From the NCBI GenBank assembly GCA_951406725.2, contig OX597824.1, positions 82,026,001 to 82,090,000 of the forward strand: 64,000 nt of DNA, in the 5' to 3' direction. Shown here piece by piece: positions 26,125-40,338 of the stretch; positions within the stretch are counted from its first letter, which is position 1, and every line of letters starts with the position of its first letter. The position numbers were made by a program, and so were the translations under genes. The notes under the pieces are model-generated. The model was not told where the DNA came from. It did not search any database and saw nothing but the letters and a program-made list of their open reading frames with translations. Source of the DNA: Octopus vulgaris (lineage: Eukaryota).

Positions 26125-27090
26125 GCGGCAAGCTGGTAGAAACGTTAGCACGCCGGGCGAAATGCTTAGCAGTATTTCGTCTGCCGTTATGTTCTCAGTT
26201 CAAATTCCGCCGAGGTCGACTTTGCCTTTCATCCTTTCGGTGTCGATAAATAAAGTACCAGTTTCGCACTGGGGTCGATGTAATCGACTTAATCCCTTTG
26301 TCTGTCCTTGTTTGTCCTCTCTGTGTTTAGTCCCTTGTGGGTATTAAAGAAATGGGTATTTCGTCTGCCGTTACGTTCTGAGTTCAAATTCCGCCGAAGT
26401 CGTCTTTGCCATTCATCCGTTCGTTGTCGATAAATAAAGTACCAGTTTCGCACTGGGGTCGATATAATCGACTTAATACCTTTATCTGTCCTTGTTTGTC
26501 CCCTCTAAGTTTAGCCCCTTGTGGGTAGTAAAGAAATGGGTATTTCGTCTGCCGTTACGTTCTGAGTTCAAATTCCGCCGAGGTCGACTTTGCCTTTCAT
26601 CCTTTCGGTGTCGATAAATAAAGTACCAGTTTCGCACTGGGGTCGATGTAATCGACTTAATCCCTTTGTCTGTCCTTGTTTGTCCTCTCTGTGTTTAGCC
26701 CCTTGTGGGTAGTAAAGAAATACGTATTTCGTCTGCCGTTACGTTCTGAGTTCAAATTCCGCCGAGGTCGACTTTGCCTTTCATCCTTTCGGTGTCGATA
26801 AATGAAGTACCAGTTTCGCACTGGGGTCGATGTAATCGACTTAATCCCTTTGTCTGTCCTTGTTTGTCCTCTCTGTGTTTAGCCCCTTGTGGGTAGTAAA
26901 GAAATGGGTATTTCGTCTGCCGTTACGTTCTGAGTTCAAATTCCGCCGAGGTCGACTTTGCCTTTCATCCTTTCGGTGTCGATAAATAAAGTACCAGTTT
27001 CGTACTGGGGTCGATGTAATCGACTTAATCCCTTTGTCTGTCCTTGTTTGTCCCCCTCTATGTTTAGCCCCTTGTGGGCAGTAAAAAACA
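26125..27090 (+). mobile_element. SINE family B pentamer (head + 5 x 184-bp units)
   Basis: GTATTTCGTCTGCC at 26172, 26356, 26540, 26724 and 26908; TSD CTTTAAAATGGAA at 26110-26122 and 27094-27106. Confidence 0.92.
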
Positions 27091-27329
27091 ATTCTTTAAA
27101 ATGGAAGTGATTACTTGAACTTCCGCAATAACAATACAAGGCCACAACGTAGAATTTTGAAGCGTGGAATTAACTTGAGCGCCAGTACTTTACTGATACT
27201 TAATTCTAACAACATAGAACAGGATTAAAGGAAAAGTTGACCTCTGTCTGACTTGAACTCAGAAATCTGCCGTCTTGTCCAGTGTAATAATTCGCTTTGA
27301 TCTAAGCCGAAAGGAAAAGAAAATAATTG

Positions 27330-27560
27330 TTTCTTTATTACCCACAAGGGGCTATACATAGAGAGGACAAACAAGGACAGACAAAGGGATTAAGTCGATT
27401 ACATCGACCCCAGTGCGTAACTAGTACTTAATTTATCGACCCCGAAAGGATGAAAGGCAAAGTCGACCTCGGCGAAATTTGAACTCAGAATGTAACGGCG
27501 GGCAAAATACCGCTTAGCATTTCGTCCGGCGTGCTAACGATTCTGCCAGCTCGCCGCCTT
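27330..27560 (-). mobile_element. SINE family B, full monomer
   Basis: 16-bp TSD AGGAAAAGAAAATAAT at 27312-27327 and 27562-27577. Confidence 0.92.
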
Positions 27561-27619
27561 TAGGAAAAGAAAATAATGAAAATGATGGCGCATTTCGCGG
27601 CAAAAAAAAAGTGACATCG

Positions 27620-28535
<916 letters not shown>

Positions 28536-28748
28536 TCGTGCAACAAGAAGTTGCAGCTGGCAACGGGCTTTGAATTATAGCGGCGGCTGGGCGTCGACAA
28601 TCTGCAACTCGCTTCACAGCACATCTATAATTCAGTGCAAGCGTACCACAGCAGATAGCGAGAGAGAGGGAATGACGTCAGGCAGAGAGATAGTGCTTGA
28701 CTGTTTCTATGGCCAGCCTACTGTTGAGACAGACTGGGAGAATAGGGT

Positions 28749-28823
<75 letters not shown>

Positions 28824-29084
28824 GGATGGATGGATGGATGGATATATGTATGTATATTTTGTATGCACACCTGTATGTGTGATAGATAAATAGATAGATG
28901 TATGTGTATGTAAATGTGTAATATACATATACCTACATGATATATATAAACATGTATGTATATATGTATATATGCATGTATGTATGAATACACACACACA
29001 CACATCTGCATATGCAGATATATATACGTTAGTATGTGAAAGAGTTACAAACTATTTATGTGTATATGTGCGTGTGTGTGTGCG

Positions 29085-29141
<57 letters not shown>

Positions 29142-29145
<4 letters not shown>

Positions 29146-29276
29146 AGTAAACACATAAATGTGAAACAAGGTGGAAAAAAGAGTACTCAAATACCAGTGG
29201 TAGAGTAATATGCTTTATTTAAAGCAGCAGAAAATTCAACAAAACCTGTTACTCTGAGTTTCCCGTTGCCGTTCAT
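29142..29276 (-). mobile_element. Penelope-type terminal fragment with a truncated hammerhead
   Basis: Minus strand AUGA-ACGGCAACGG-GAAACUCAGAGUA/ACAG; the 5' half of the core is cut off; both ends lie at (TA)n. Confidence 0.5.
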
Positions 29277-29446
29277 AGATAATATATATATATATATATA
29301 TATAGATAGAGAGAGAGAGAGAGAGAGATAGGTAGGTAGGTAGGTAGGTAGGTAGGTAGGTAGGTAGGTAGGTAGGTAAGCACCTAGCTCGGTTGCTATG
29401 TTGCTCCGTAAGTAGGTGCATACATAACATAGGTATATACATACAC

Positions 29447-29645
29447 AGCTGGCAGAAACGTTAGCACGGCGGGCGAAATGCTTAGCGGCATTTCGTCTGT
29501 TTTTAAGTTCAAATTCTGCCGAGGTCGATCTCGCATTTCACCCTTTCTGGATCGATAAATTAAGTACCAGTTGCGTACTTGAATCGATCTAATCGACTGG
29601 CCCCCTCCCCAAAACTTTCGGTCCTTGTGCCCAGAATAGAAAAGA
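29447..29645 (+). mobile_element. SINE family B with the alternative tail (CCCCAAAA..GGCCTTGTGCC type)
   Basis: Same head and core, different 3' end; also seen at about 32040, 53520 and 57900. Confidence 0.8.
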
Positions 29646-29862
29646 ACATACATACATACATATATACATACATACATACATACATACATACATACATACA
29701 TACATACATACATACATACATACATACATACATACATGCATACATACATACATACATACATACATACATACATACATGCATACATACATGCATACATACA
29801 TGCATACATACATCTGAAACAATACTTATTGTTACAATCGTACATAATTACATTGTTGTTTG

Positions 29863-30168
29863 TTGTTTGTTCCTTCTCGAGCCACGCCTGGCTCATAAGA
29901 ACCGGTTTGCCGGTTTCCTTGGCGTATAGCTTCCCCACCTGGACGGGACGCCGGTCCATCGCAGGTGAGCTGCAAGATGCAGGAAGAAAGAGTGAGTTAT
30001 AGTTGTGGTGAAAGAGTCAGCAGAAGTTCGCCATTACCTTCTGCCGGAGCGGCGTGGGGCTTAGGTGTTTCGCTCATAAAAACACACACATCACCCGGTC
30101 TGAGATTCGAACCCGCGATCCCTCAACCCTGAATCCGCTACTTAAACCACTAGGCCATATGCCGCCAC
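29863..30168 (-). mobile_element. SINE head C-like + tail F
   Basis: Reverse-complement match to 31153-31456. Confidence 0.8.
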
Positions 30169-30376
30169 TACATATTTACATACATGTCCAAAATATCGAG
30201 TATACTTAATTACCGAGAGTGGCAACAAGGCAGAATCGGTAGTACGCCGAGTAAAACACTTTTTTTGGCCTGCCTTTACGTTCTGAGTTCACATTAATTT
30301 CACGTAACCGACGGAGTGCTAAATGACCTCGTGTGTACCGTTGGCGATTTTTTTCTTCTGACTTCCCTTCTCCTAT

Positions 30377-30411
30377 GTTTCCGACGAAGAGCTCCGCTCG
30401 AAACGTTAAAC
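30377..30411 (+). ncRNA. Minimal hammerhead motif, family H1 (U4C variant)
   Basis: GUUU-CCGACGA-A-GAGC(UCC)GCUC-GAAACGUU/AAAC. Confidence 0.65.
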
Positions 30412-30543
30412 CCTCCTTCTTTCCTTCTTTCCTTGTAAATATATGCTCTCCTAAATTGTACTGAGTTCACCTTCAGTTAACGCTAAATTGTTTTTATATA
30501 ACTTCACAAAAAACACATAAATATATAATAAAAAATAAATGCA

Positions 30544-30785
30544 CCCTTTTAAAGCCTAGCCAGACTCATGGGCCCGGTTTCCCGGTTTCTATGGCGTGTT
30601 TCCCAGCTGGACGGGACAATCAGTCCATCACAGCGTTGCTCATTTTTGCCAGCTGAGTGGACTGGAGCAACGTGAAATGAAGTGTTTTGCTCAAGAACAC
30701 AACGCGTCGCCCGGTCCAGGAATCGAAACCACAATCTTACGATCATGATCCTGACACCCTTAACCAGTAAGCCACGCGCCTCCAC
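30544..30785 (-). mobile_element. SINE head D + tail F
   Basis: Head GGAGGCGCGTGGCTTA; tail GAAACCGGGAAACCGGGCCCATGAG. Confidence 0.82.
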
Positions 30786-31152
30786 GCACAACAATATATC
30801 TATCTCTATATACGCACACACACACAAGCTTAAACACATTTTAATTTGTACAATTTATATCAAGGTCTCTACCTGTTTTGATTGGATCTGTTTTGGATCA
30901 GTGATTCTACACTAGTATTACTCCTTCAGTGGAGCACTTCTAGATATTCCAGGAAACACACAGGAACAAATATCTGAATATTTCTTGGGGAAAATATCGT
31001 GTTTCCAAACAGGAAATCATTTGAAAAATCTTGTCCAGTAGACCGTGTCTTATTTACAAATAGCGTGAGATGGAGAGATATCTATTTTAATTAGCAACAA
31101 GTAGACGAGCAATATAAAAAGTTCGGTTTCATATATCCTATATATATATCGT

Positions 31153-31456
31153 GTGGAGGTACATGGCCAAGCGGTTAGAGAAGCGGACTCGCGGTCGAAG
31201 AATCGCGGGTTCGAATCTCATTCAGGGCGATGTGTGTTTTTATGAGCGAAACACCTAAGATCCACGCGGCTCCGGGAGAAGGTAATGCTAAACTTCTGTC
31301 GACTCTTTCGCCGCAACTTTTTCCCACTCTTTACTCTTGCATCATGCAGCTCACCTTCGACGGACCGGCTTCCCGTCCAGCTGGGGTAGCTATACGCCAA
31401 GGAAACCGGGAAACCGGCCCTTATGAGCCAGGCGTGGCTCGAGAAGGAACAAACAA
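31153..31456 (+). mobile_element. SINE head C (tRNA-Arg-like, GGACTCGCGGTC) + tail F
   Basis: A-box TGGCCAAGCGG, B-box GGTTCGAATC. Confidence 0.82.
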
Positions 31457-31651
31457 TATATATCGTATCTTGTAATTCCTTTCTAATTACTTGAGGTCTT
31501 AGATTCAGAAAAAAGTCTAATTCTTTCCAGTATTATTTGACTAGCAGAATAAAAATACATGTAGTGCCCTACCATGGCCACAATCTTAGGGCGCAAACGT
31601 ATAAAAGAATACAATAATAAAAGAATCTGAAATTTTAATACCGTGCATTCA

Positions 31652-32085
31652 AAGGCGGTGAGCTGGCAGAAACGTTAGCACACCGGTCGCAATGCTTAGT
31701 GGTATTTCGTCTGTCTTTATGTTCTGAGTTCAAATTTCAAAGGATGAAAGGCAAAGGTCGACTTTGCCTTTAATCCTTTCGGGGTCGATAAATTAAGTAC
31801 CAGTTACGCACTGGGGTCAATGTAATCGACTTAATCCCTTTGTTTGTCCCCCCTTTTTTTAGCCCCTTGTGGGCAATAAAGAAATAAGAAACGTTAGCAT
31901 ACTGGGCGCAATGCTTAGCGGTTTTCGTCTGTCTTTACGTTCTGAGTTCAAATTCCGCCGAAGTCAACTTTGCCTTTCATCCTTTCGTGGAGTGATAAAT
32001 TAAGTACCAGTTACATACTGGGGTGGATCTAATCGACTGGCCCAATACCCCAAAATTTCAGGCCTTGTGCCTAGAGTAGAAAAAG
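31652..32085 (+). mobile_element. SINE family B dimer, second junction type
   Basis: The second unit restarts at AGAAACGTTAGC right after AAAGAAATA. Confidence 0.82.
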
Positions 32086-32592
32086 AATCTTTAGCACGTT
32101 GGACGAAATACTAAGCGGCATTTTTCCCGCTATTTACCACCTGAATTCAAATTATCTCGAGATTGACTTTGCTTTAATATTCTTTCGTGGTCGATAAAAT
32201 AATATATTCAAGTACCGAAGTCTTGTCTCTTCTTCTCACTAATCTCTTGTCTGGAACCCTGTAACAGACCGGAGTCCCCTTCAGGGTAATGTTGTAACTT
32301 CGTTATGTATACACCATCGAAACCTGGCAAGCAGCTTTAAGATTCCTATAGCGCAAGAAGAAAAACATGTTGATTCAGAACAGGCTAGAAATTTGTACGG
32401 ATTTATTCGTTGCTGTCAATAAAAATTATTGTAAAACGAGTCGATAAATTAAGTACCAGTTGCGTACTGGGGTCAATCTAATCGACTGCCACCTCCCCTG
32501 AAATTTCGAGCTTTGTGTGTATGACAACTATTTTCCGTTTTTGAAGAACAGAATGGAGTAAGTGGAGCAAGAGCACACACGACTTATAAATA

Positions 32593-33008
32593 AGGAGTGG
32601 CTGTGTGGTAGGTAGCTTGCTTACCAGCCACATGGTTCTGGGTTCAGTCCCACTGCGCGGCACCTTGGGCAAGTGTCTTCTGCTATAGCCTCGGGCCGAC
32701 CAATGCCTTGTGAGTGGATTTGGTAGACGGAAACTGAAAGAAGCCTGTCGTATATATGTATATAAATATATATATATGTATGTGTGTATATATGTTTGTG
32801 TGTCTGTGTTTGTCCCCCCAGCATTGCTTGACAACCGATGCTGGTGTGTTTACGTCCCCGTCACTTAGCGGTTCGGCAAAGGAGACCGATTGAATAAGTA
32901 CTAGGCTTACAAAGAATAAGTCCTGGGGGGTCGATTTGATCGACTAAAGGCGGTGCTCCAGCATGGCCACAGTCAAATGACTGAAACAAGTAATAGAGTA
33001 ATAGAGTA
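32593..33008 (+). mobile_element. SINE family A
   Basis: Colinear with 308-720. Confidence 0.88.
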
Positions 33009-33585
33009 ATATAAATACACGCACGCACACACATATAGACACAAACAAATCTATACAAGCGCAAACGTACTCGTATATGTGCATACGTGTTTATATGCGG
33101 AGGCGTGTTGGTCTGTAACAAAACTTTCCAAGTTTTATATATTTTCGAAGTTTTATATGTTTTATTTCTCCCATAAAATTTTCAATGTCCGGGATTGAAT
33201 TGGTCTTATGACACACCTGGAGATCATCAACGACACACCTAGAAATTATTGGTGACATGCGGATTTTAAAATGTCAGATATGTATACATTCACTGAATCC
33301 GAATAAATTTCAAAGAGGCTTGTGGTTACTTAAAAGATATGTATACAAGGCGTTAGCAGCACGCTTCTTTTATATTGAAATTATAGGTGCCTTGTGTCAA
33401 AATTCCGTTGTTAGCCCAAACAAAGGTCACACTGTATCTTTGATTTGAAGCTCCTGTTCCTATACGGTTGCGCTTTATCTACAATAAACCAGGTCATTTT
33501 GAATTTATGAGGACTTGTCTCACGCATGAACCAATAAACTTCGACAAAACCGAAGCTCGTTTTCTGTCGGAGCTGTCAAATTAAT

Positions 33586-33759
33586 TACTCTGTTACTGTT
33601 TTACTGTGGTCATGCTGGAGCACTGCCTTCAAACCCCACGACTTATTCTTTGTAAGCCTAGTACTTATTCTATCGGTCTCTTTTGCCGAACCCCTAAGTT
33701 ACAGGAATATAAACACACAAGCATCGGTTGTCAAGCGATGTTGGGGGGACAAACACACG

Positions 33760-33792
<33 letters not shown>

Positions 33793-33799
33793 GTATATA

Positions 33800-33876
<77 letters not shown>

Positions 33877-34039
33877 GACGGGTCTCTTTCTATTTCCGTC
33901 TTGCTAATCCACTCACAAGGCTTTGGTCGGCCCAAGGCTATAGTAGAAGACACTTGCCCCAGGTACTACTCAGTGGGACTGAACCCGGAACCATGTGGTT
34001 GTTAAGCAAGCTACTTACCACACAGCCACTCCTACGCCT
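33586..34039 (-). mobile_element. SINE family A with expanded internal (TA)n
   Basis: Reverse-complement match. Confidence 0.85.
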
Positions 34040-34064
34040 ATGTCTATTGTATTAATGTCTATTC

Positions 34065-34325
34065 TTGTAATAAGTGTTTCTTAATGTGAGTTTCGTTGCT
34101 CCAGTATAAGCTTTAAATAGATCACTGCTGTTTGATCGAACGTTTGCACTGTATACTATCGACTTTGCCAGACATTTACCGTCCAGTGGACAGTTCTCAC
34201 GAAATCTACAGTTGCATGATCTTTGTTGGCTGGCTGTTTGCATCGCTTCTATTCAACTTTACGGCATTGTAACACCCGAAACTTTTGTAAGCGTAACACA
34301 GTTTCTGTTCAGTATTTTTCTATAC
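34065..34325 (-). pseudogene. Penelope-like element fragment: Cys-rich linker and start of GIY-YIG endonuclease
   Basis: ORF 34052-34243 CNCRFRENCPLDGKCLAKSIVYSANV...YTGAT fits the PLE pattern CNCR..CPL.G.CL...(I/V)VY...YIG. Confidence 0.85.
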
Positions 34326-34486
34326 TAATACATGAAAACCGGTGGTGGTGTGTTTACGCATCCTTAGCTTAGCTATCTATAGAATATGTAGCAGACATTT
34401 AAAAGAAACATAAATACTGATGCTGATTTGTTTGACAAAACTACTTCTCGCTGCAGTCTAATGACTGAACAAGTAAAAGGTAAAGA

Positions 34487-34557
<71 letters not shown>

Positions 34558-34682
34558 CAAACATACAAACACACACACACAAGCAATATATATATTGTTG
34601 TATTTCGAAATGGTCATTTTGCCAGTTTAGCATAGTTTGTGTGAGTGTTTGTATGTATGTATGTATATACATAATTACATAC

Positions 34683-34765
<83 letters not shown>

Positions 34766-35464
34766 GTATGTATGTATATGTGTATATATCTGTATACGTT
34801 TATCAATTTGTGTTGCAAGATTCTTATGTGAAATCGTGTGCTGAAACAGATATTGTTGTTTTTCGGGATGGTCATTTTTATTTATTTATTATTTTGTCAA
34901 ATAAATACACGTGCTATTAATGTTCTTTCTTTTTAAACACACACGGAAGAAGTAACACTACCGAAGCAACCATCACCTCCAATGGCACCACCACCAACAT
35001 CCCCAACTCCAGTACCACTAAAATCAACACCATCGGAAGCATCAGCAGCAATAACAACGGCACCGACGGCAGCAACAACATCAACAACTACAACCGCAAC
35101 AACAACTACAGCAGCAACCACAACAACAACGTCAAAAGCACCGACATCAGCAGCGGTAGCAGCAACAACAGCAACAATGCTAAGCACGACACCGACTCCA
35201 CCCATCCAAACAAATACATTGGATGCACGTCTGTGTGTGTGTGTATGTGTAGATATGTGTACGAGTACGTAAATGCACGTATGTTTGTTTGTGTATGGGC
35301 ATGTAGATATACATGTTTGTGTGAGTGTGTACGTATGTAGACGTTATGAACGTAAGAGGTTTGTGAGAATATGGTTGCGTGTATTTTTTATCTTTTATAT
35401 ATTCTCCTACCTATCAGAGTAACTTCCCCTTTATTCAACGGTTTTTTATAGCGTCTATTGTCAC

Positions 35465-35525
35465 AATACCTGATGACAACGTATCATAGCTCTTAGCTCC
35501 GGTATTTGAAACTCTGAGTCCTATT
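35465..35525 (+). ncRNA. Degenerate hammerhead motif
   Basis: AAUAC-CUGAUGA...GAAACUCUGAGUC/CUAUU; stem II pairs poorly. Confidence 0.4.
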
Positions 35526-35671
35526 ATGACAACTTACTGATTGTCCTAATTATACATGCATACATACCGTGCCCAGTATATTCAACATGGCACCAAGTGT
35601 CCGAGTCAGTCGCCATGATAGATCGTTAGCCACTACACATTTTTTTCCTCTCCTTGTTTTTTTCTTTGTCC

Positions 35672-35707
35672 CTTTCTGTAGAAGAGCGTAGGCTCGAAAC
35701 ATAAAAG
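35672..35707 (+). ncRNA. Minimal hammerhead motif, family H1b (A6U variant), in an about 210-bp unit (35590-35800) ending at (TA)n
   Basis: CUUU-CUGUAGA-A-GAGC(GUAG)GCUC-GAAACAUA/AAAG. Confidence 0.5.
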
Positions 35708-35855
35708 ACTTTTTTTTATTCCTGAGCGTTATCCTAATACACATGTTTGTTTTGTACACCACCAGTCTTCGTCTTTTGTGTTTTTTTCGTAAACTCTCCC
35801 TATATATATGTATATATATATATATATAAATATAAATAAATATAGAATACTATAT

Positions 35856-35928
<73 letters not shown>

Positions 35929-36087
35929 TATATATTTATACATGTACGAATACACGCACACACACATGTATGTAAATATATTTGTTTTCAAGGATTCCTG
36001 ATATAACGGATATTGTTATACTTGAGGATGGTTCATATTTTTGCCAATTAAACACATGCACTATATACTTGGTCTTCACTTCAGCTT

Positions 36088-36149
<62 letters not shown>

Positions 36150-36277
36150 TTATTATTATTACTGTTTTTATTATAGTGTCCTTTATCTCAGCTCTTTCAT
36201 CACACATCCTGTGATATCATCATCAACTCTTTCACCCACGTGTCTCCTGTTCTGTTTAGTGCAAACGAACTAAATGA

Positions 36278-36472
<195 letters not shown>

Positions 36473-36541
36473 ATCAGGCGTGCAGATGAAATATATAGTG
36501 ACTGTCTTTAACTGACAACAATATGACTATCCCACAAAATG

Positions 36542-36584
<43 letters not shown>

Positions 36585-36641
36585 GAATGAGATGACAAAT
36601 CCAAGATTGTGGGGAATTTTCGGGACATTTATAATGAAATA

Positions 36642-36689
36642 GTCTTACAGCTGTTTCTGGGATATTATAGATATCCCTTCATCAGAGGC
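36642..36689 (-). ncRNA. Minimal type I hammerhead motif
   Basis: GCCU-CUGAUGA-A-GGGAUAU(CUAUA)AUAUCCC-A-GAAAC(AGCU)GUA/AGAC; palindromic ACAGCUGU stem III; a relic relative lies at 45716-45771. Confidence 0.72.
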
Positions 36690-36735
36690 GGTGTGCGAAC
36701 ACACACACGTGTGTGTGTATGTATATATATATTAC

Positions 36736-36822
<87 letters not shown>

Positions 36823-37015
36823 TGACCTCGAGTGTACCGTTGGCGATTTTTTTCTTGTCTTCCCTTCTCTGGATCTTTCCTTCTATGTTTCCGACGAAGA
36901 GCTCCGCTCGAAACGTTAAACCCTCCTTCTTTCCTTCTTTCCTGAGCGTCCAATAATACTATATCTGTTCCACGTCCTCGCGTTGTTGTGTTTTTTTTGT
37001 GCTTTCTTGTTTGGA

Positions 37016-37020
<5 letters not shown>
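36823..37020 (+). mobile_element. About 200-bp hammerhead-bearing unit (H1; motif at 36887-36921) embedded in (TA)n, probably a solo Penelope pseudo-LTR
   Basis: Related copies at 30324-30435, 51190-51385, 60560-60740, 55150-55345 (minus) and 49950-50040 (minus, partial). Confidence 0.75.
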
Positions 37021-37070
<50 letters not shown>

Positions 37071-37074
37071 TTAC

Positions 37075-37237
37075 ACGACGGGCTTCTGTCAGTTTCTGTC
37101 TACCAAATCCACTCTCAAGGCTTTGGTAGGTATGAGGCTATAGTAGAGGACACTTGGCCAAGGTGCCGCGCAGTGGAACTGAAACCGGAATCATGTGGTT
37201 ATTAAGCAAGCTACTTACCACACAGCCACTCCTGCGC
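37075..37237 (-). mobile_element. SINE family A, 5' part
   Basis: Reverse-complement match. Confidence 0.8.
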
Positions 37238-37506
37238 TTATATGCATGTATTCAAACAACACACATACATGTTACTTTTACATAACGGATTTATTGATCT
37301 GTATAAGTATGTATATATTTATCTATGTATGTATGTATGTATGTATGTATGTATGTATGTATGTATGTATGTATGTATGTACATGCTTATATATGTGTGC
37401 GTGTGTGTGTGTATTTCTATATATATATATATATACATTAATAAGGAAGTGTATATTGACATTATGTAAATTAATACGCATCATTATGTATGTATGTACG
37501 TATGTA

Positions 37507-37579
<73 letters not shown>

Positions 37580-37931
37580 TAGTAAAACCTCATCTTATGG
37601 GGACCTGCTCCTTGACACCCCGTTTTTATGTGTTTTATTTTTCAAGCACACGATGCAAATTTTGAACGAAGTGCAAATGTTTCTACTACCGTTAGAAATA
37701 CTTCGTGTTACCGAGAAATTTACAGAGAACTAAAAACGCTTCTTCTAAGCAAACAGCTCAAGAATTGCATTTTTTAACAGGTGCTTGTGAATCGTCGAAC
37801 GCGTCTACAAGTGATAGTGTGCGCGAGTCTCGTACGGGTGAAAGTGATTCAGAAAGCGATAATAATAATAATAATACGTTTAAATATTTGTTGTGCAAGA
37901 TTTTTTATGTGAAGTCGTGTGTTGAAACAGA

Positions 37932-38226
37932 TATTGTTATATTTCGGAATGGTCATATTGCCAGTTTAGCCAATAAAAACACACGCACTATATATTTGGT
38001 GTTATTTTGCTTCAGTGTTATTTATTTTTTACATCAATCTTAATCTTATTTCGGCCAGAGTTCTTTCGTCACACTCCTGTGACTGCATCAGTGGTCCTTT
38101 GTTTTCTGGCCGAAATAAGATTAATGTAAAAAATATATAACACTGAAGCAAAATAACACCAAATATATAGTGCGTGTGTTTTTATTGGCTAAACTGGCAA
38201 TATGACTATTCCGAAATATAACAATA
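37932..38226. repeat. Long inverted repeat (about 125-bp arms, 45-bp loop) of a Penelope-type terminal family
   Basis: 37932-38059 is nearly the reverse complement of 38105-38226; related pieces at 34590-34930 and 35985-36240. Confidence 0.9.
38055..38094 (-). ncRNA. Near-canonical hammerhead motif in the palindrome loop
   Basis: CCA-CUGAUGC-A-GUCACA(GGAG)UGUGAC-GAAAG(AA)CUC/UGG; A9 is replaced by C. Confidence 0.6.
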
Positions 38227-39050
38227 ATAATAATATTTTTTATCATAAATGATTTTCACATACTTTTTACTGTACATTCTTTACATCCTACTTTACAATC
38301 TTTACATTCTACAGCTGTTTTATTGACATATATTTACGCGTATTATAAATTTTCCGGGAACGAATTACTATTCATAACATTACAATCATGGAAACGTACA
38401 GCTCAGCTTTACGTGTTATCGCTTTACGAGCTGTTTCCTGAACAAATTAACGCATATATCGAGGCATTACTCTCTCCCCACCTCTCTCTCTGTTACTCGT
38501 AATTTAATACTATACCTTGTAGTGGTGATATATTAATGCGTATGTAGTGTCAACACGTAATTATTATTACTTAAATTAATTTCAGTTGTGTTTGTTTTAT
38601 TTTGGAGAGATTCATATAAAGTTTTAACTTTCATTATCGTAGTAACTATGGAAGACTGGTGGGATTATTATTTGTATGGACGTTTTATGAAAGTTAGTGT
38701 TTAATTCTGCCGATAATTTTATTGATTGAAACAATGTAGTTATTAACCTTTTTTTATTATGCTACGGAAGACGGTAGGGATTATAATTCTTGTATAACTG
38801 AATAGATTCGTTACTGTTTAGTTACGTATTTAGGTGATGGTTGTAATGTACCGACCGATACGGTTGTACTTAGGGTAAATTTGTTTAAAAGTTGTGGTTT
38901 CTTTGGGTTGTTTTAGTGCTGTTGAAAACGGCGGATGGAAAGGTACCGCCCAGGTGTTAAAAACCATAATGATATCCGTGTGGCAGCTGATGATATAGGT
39001 ATGTTGAATTATTGGTATGGCTGCGGAATAGTATTAAAACACATCATTTT

Positions 39051-39121
<71 letters not shown>

Positions 39122-39140
39122 GTATATATATATATGTATA

Positions 39141-39192
<52 letters not shown>

Positions 39193-39234
39193 CACACATA
39201 TATATATATATAGAGAGAGAGTGTGTGTGTGTGT

Positions 39235-39269
<35 letters not shown>

Positions 39270-39488
39270 CTAAATACATGCATGAAAGTTTGTATGTACA
39301 TATATACATCTATAAAATGTATGCATACATATCTATATTCGCATTTAATTAGATGTTATATATACAATTAGAAACGTAGCTTTCTACGAAATAAATATTC
39401 ATTAACATACATATAGACAGCCATACATACAAATACATGCATATGTACATACACACGCACATATGTATATGTATATATATATTTATGT

Positions 39489-39549
<61 letters not shown>

Positions 39550-40283
39550 TGTATATATATGTATATATGCATGTATATATATAAATCATGCTTTCCGTCA
39601 TCACGTGCAAAGCACTTCGTGTAATGGAGCGTTTCGTGAACGCCCTCAGGCAATTTCTCAACTACAATTTCGATAACGAAACATTAATTGTACGTTCCTT
39701 CGTATCATCGCTATTTTCATGACACGTCGCCCTATATATTGTCATAATAATTATGTCTACCTATGTAGACTCTATATGTATATATATATGTATGTATATA
39801 TATATGTATATGTATATATATATATACACCCACGTATATATCTACATACACACACGCATATATATATATATATACACATACGTACATATACATATATTCA
39901 TATTTATACATTATATATTTTGTTTCTAACGAGCGAAGCTAGAAGTACTTATTACGATAGTAAAGTGTATTAGATTGAGCTAATCAAGTGCTCTTCATTC
40001 TTGGGTTTTCCTCGCCCCCAGCTCCACTCCTTGGTGGTTCCTGAGATTGGAAGATACAGGTTAGAGACTATTGCTGCCTGTCGGAATGAGTATGCGTCGC
40101 GGAAACATCAGGTTAATAGGGTTTAGGATAGGCATATATCCACACACACATTTGCACACCCACACACACATACACACAAACACACAAACACACTCAGACA
40201 TGCATATATATATATATACTATATTATACTATATTATACTATTATATATATTATAATTATTATAATTATATATATTATACTAT

Positions 40284-40338
<55 letters not shown>

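Larger units (their letters stand above)
37580..38472 (+). mobile_element. Old Tigger/pogo-like non-autonomous element carrying a nested palindromic insertion
   Basis: Degenerate TIRs AGTAAAACCTC / GAGGCATTACT; internal SCYREIYREL resembles the Tigger transposase C-terminus. Confidence 0.5.

Noticed and set aside
26172-27090. Possible hammerhead retrozyme array
   Set aside because: No CUGANGA core on either strand of the 184-bp unit; it has SINE B-box and core features instead
34982-35272. Mucin-like Thr/Ala ORF
   Set aside because: Degenerate (CAA/CAG/CAC) tract like the others; runs into (TG)n
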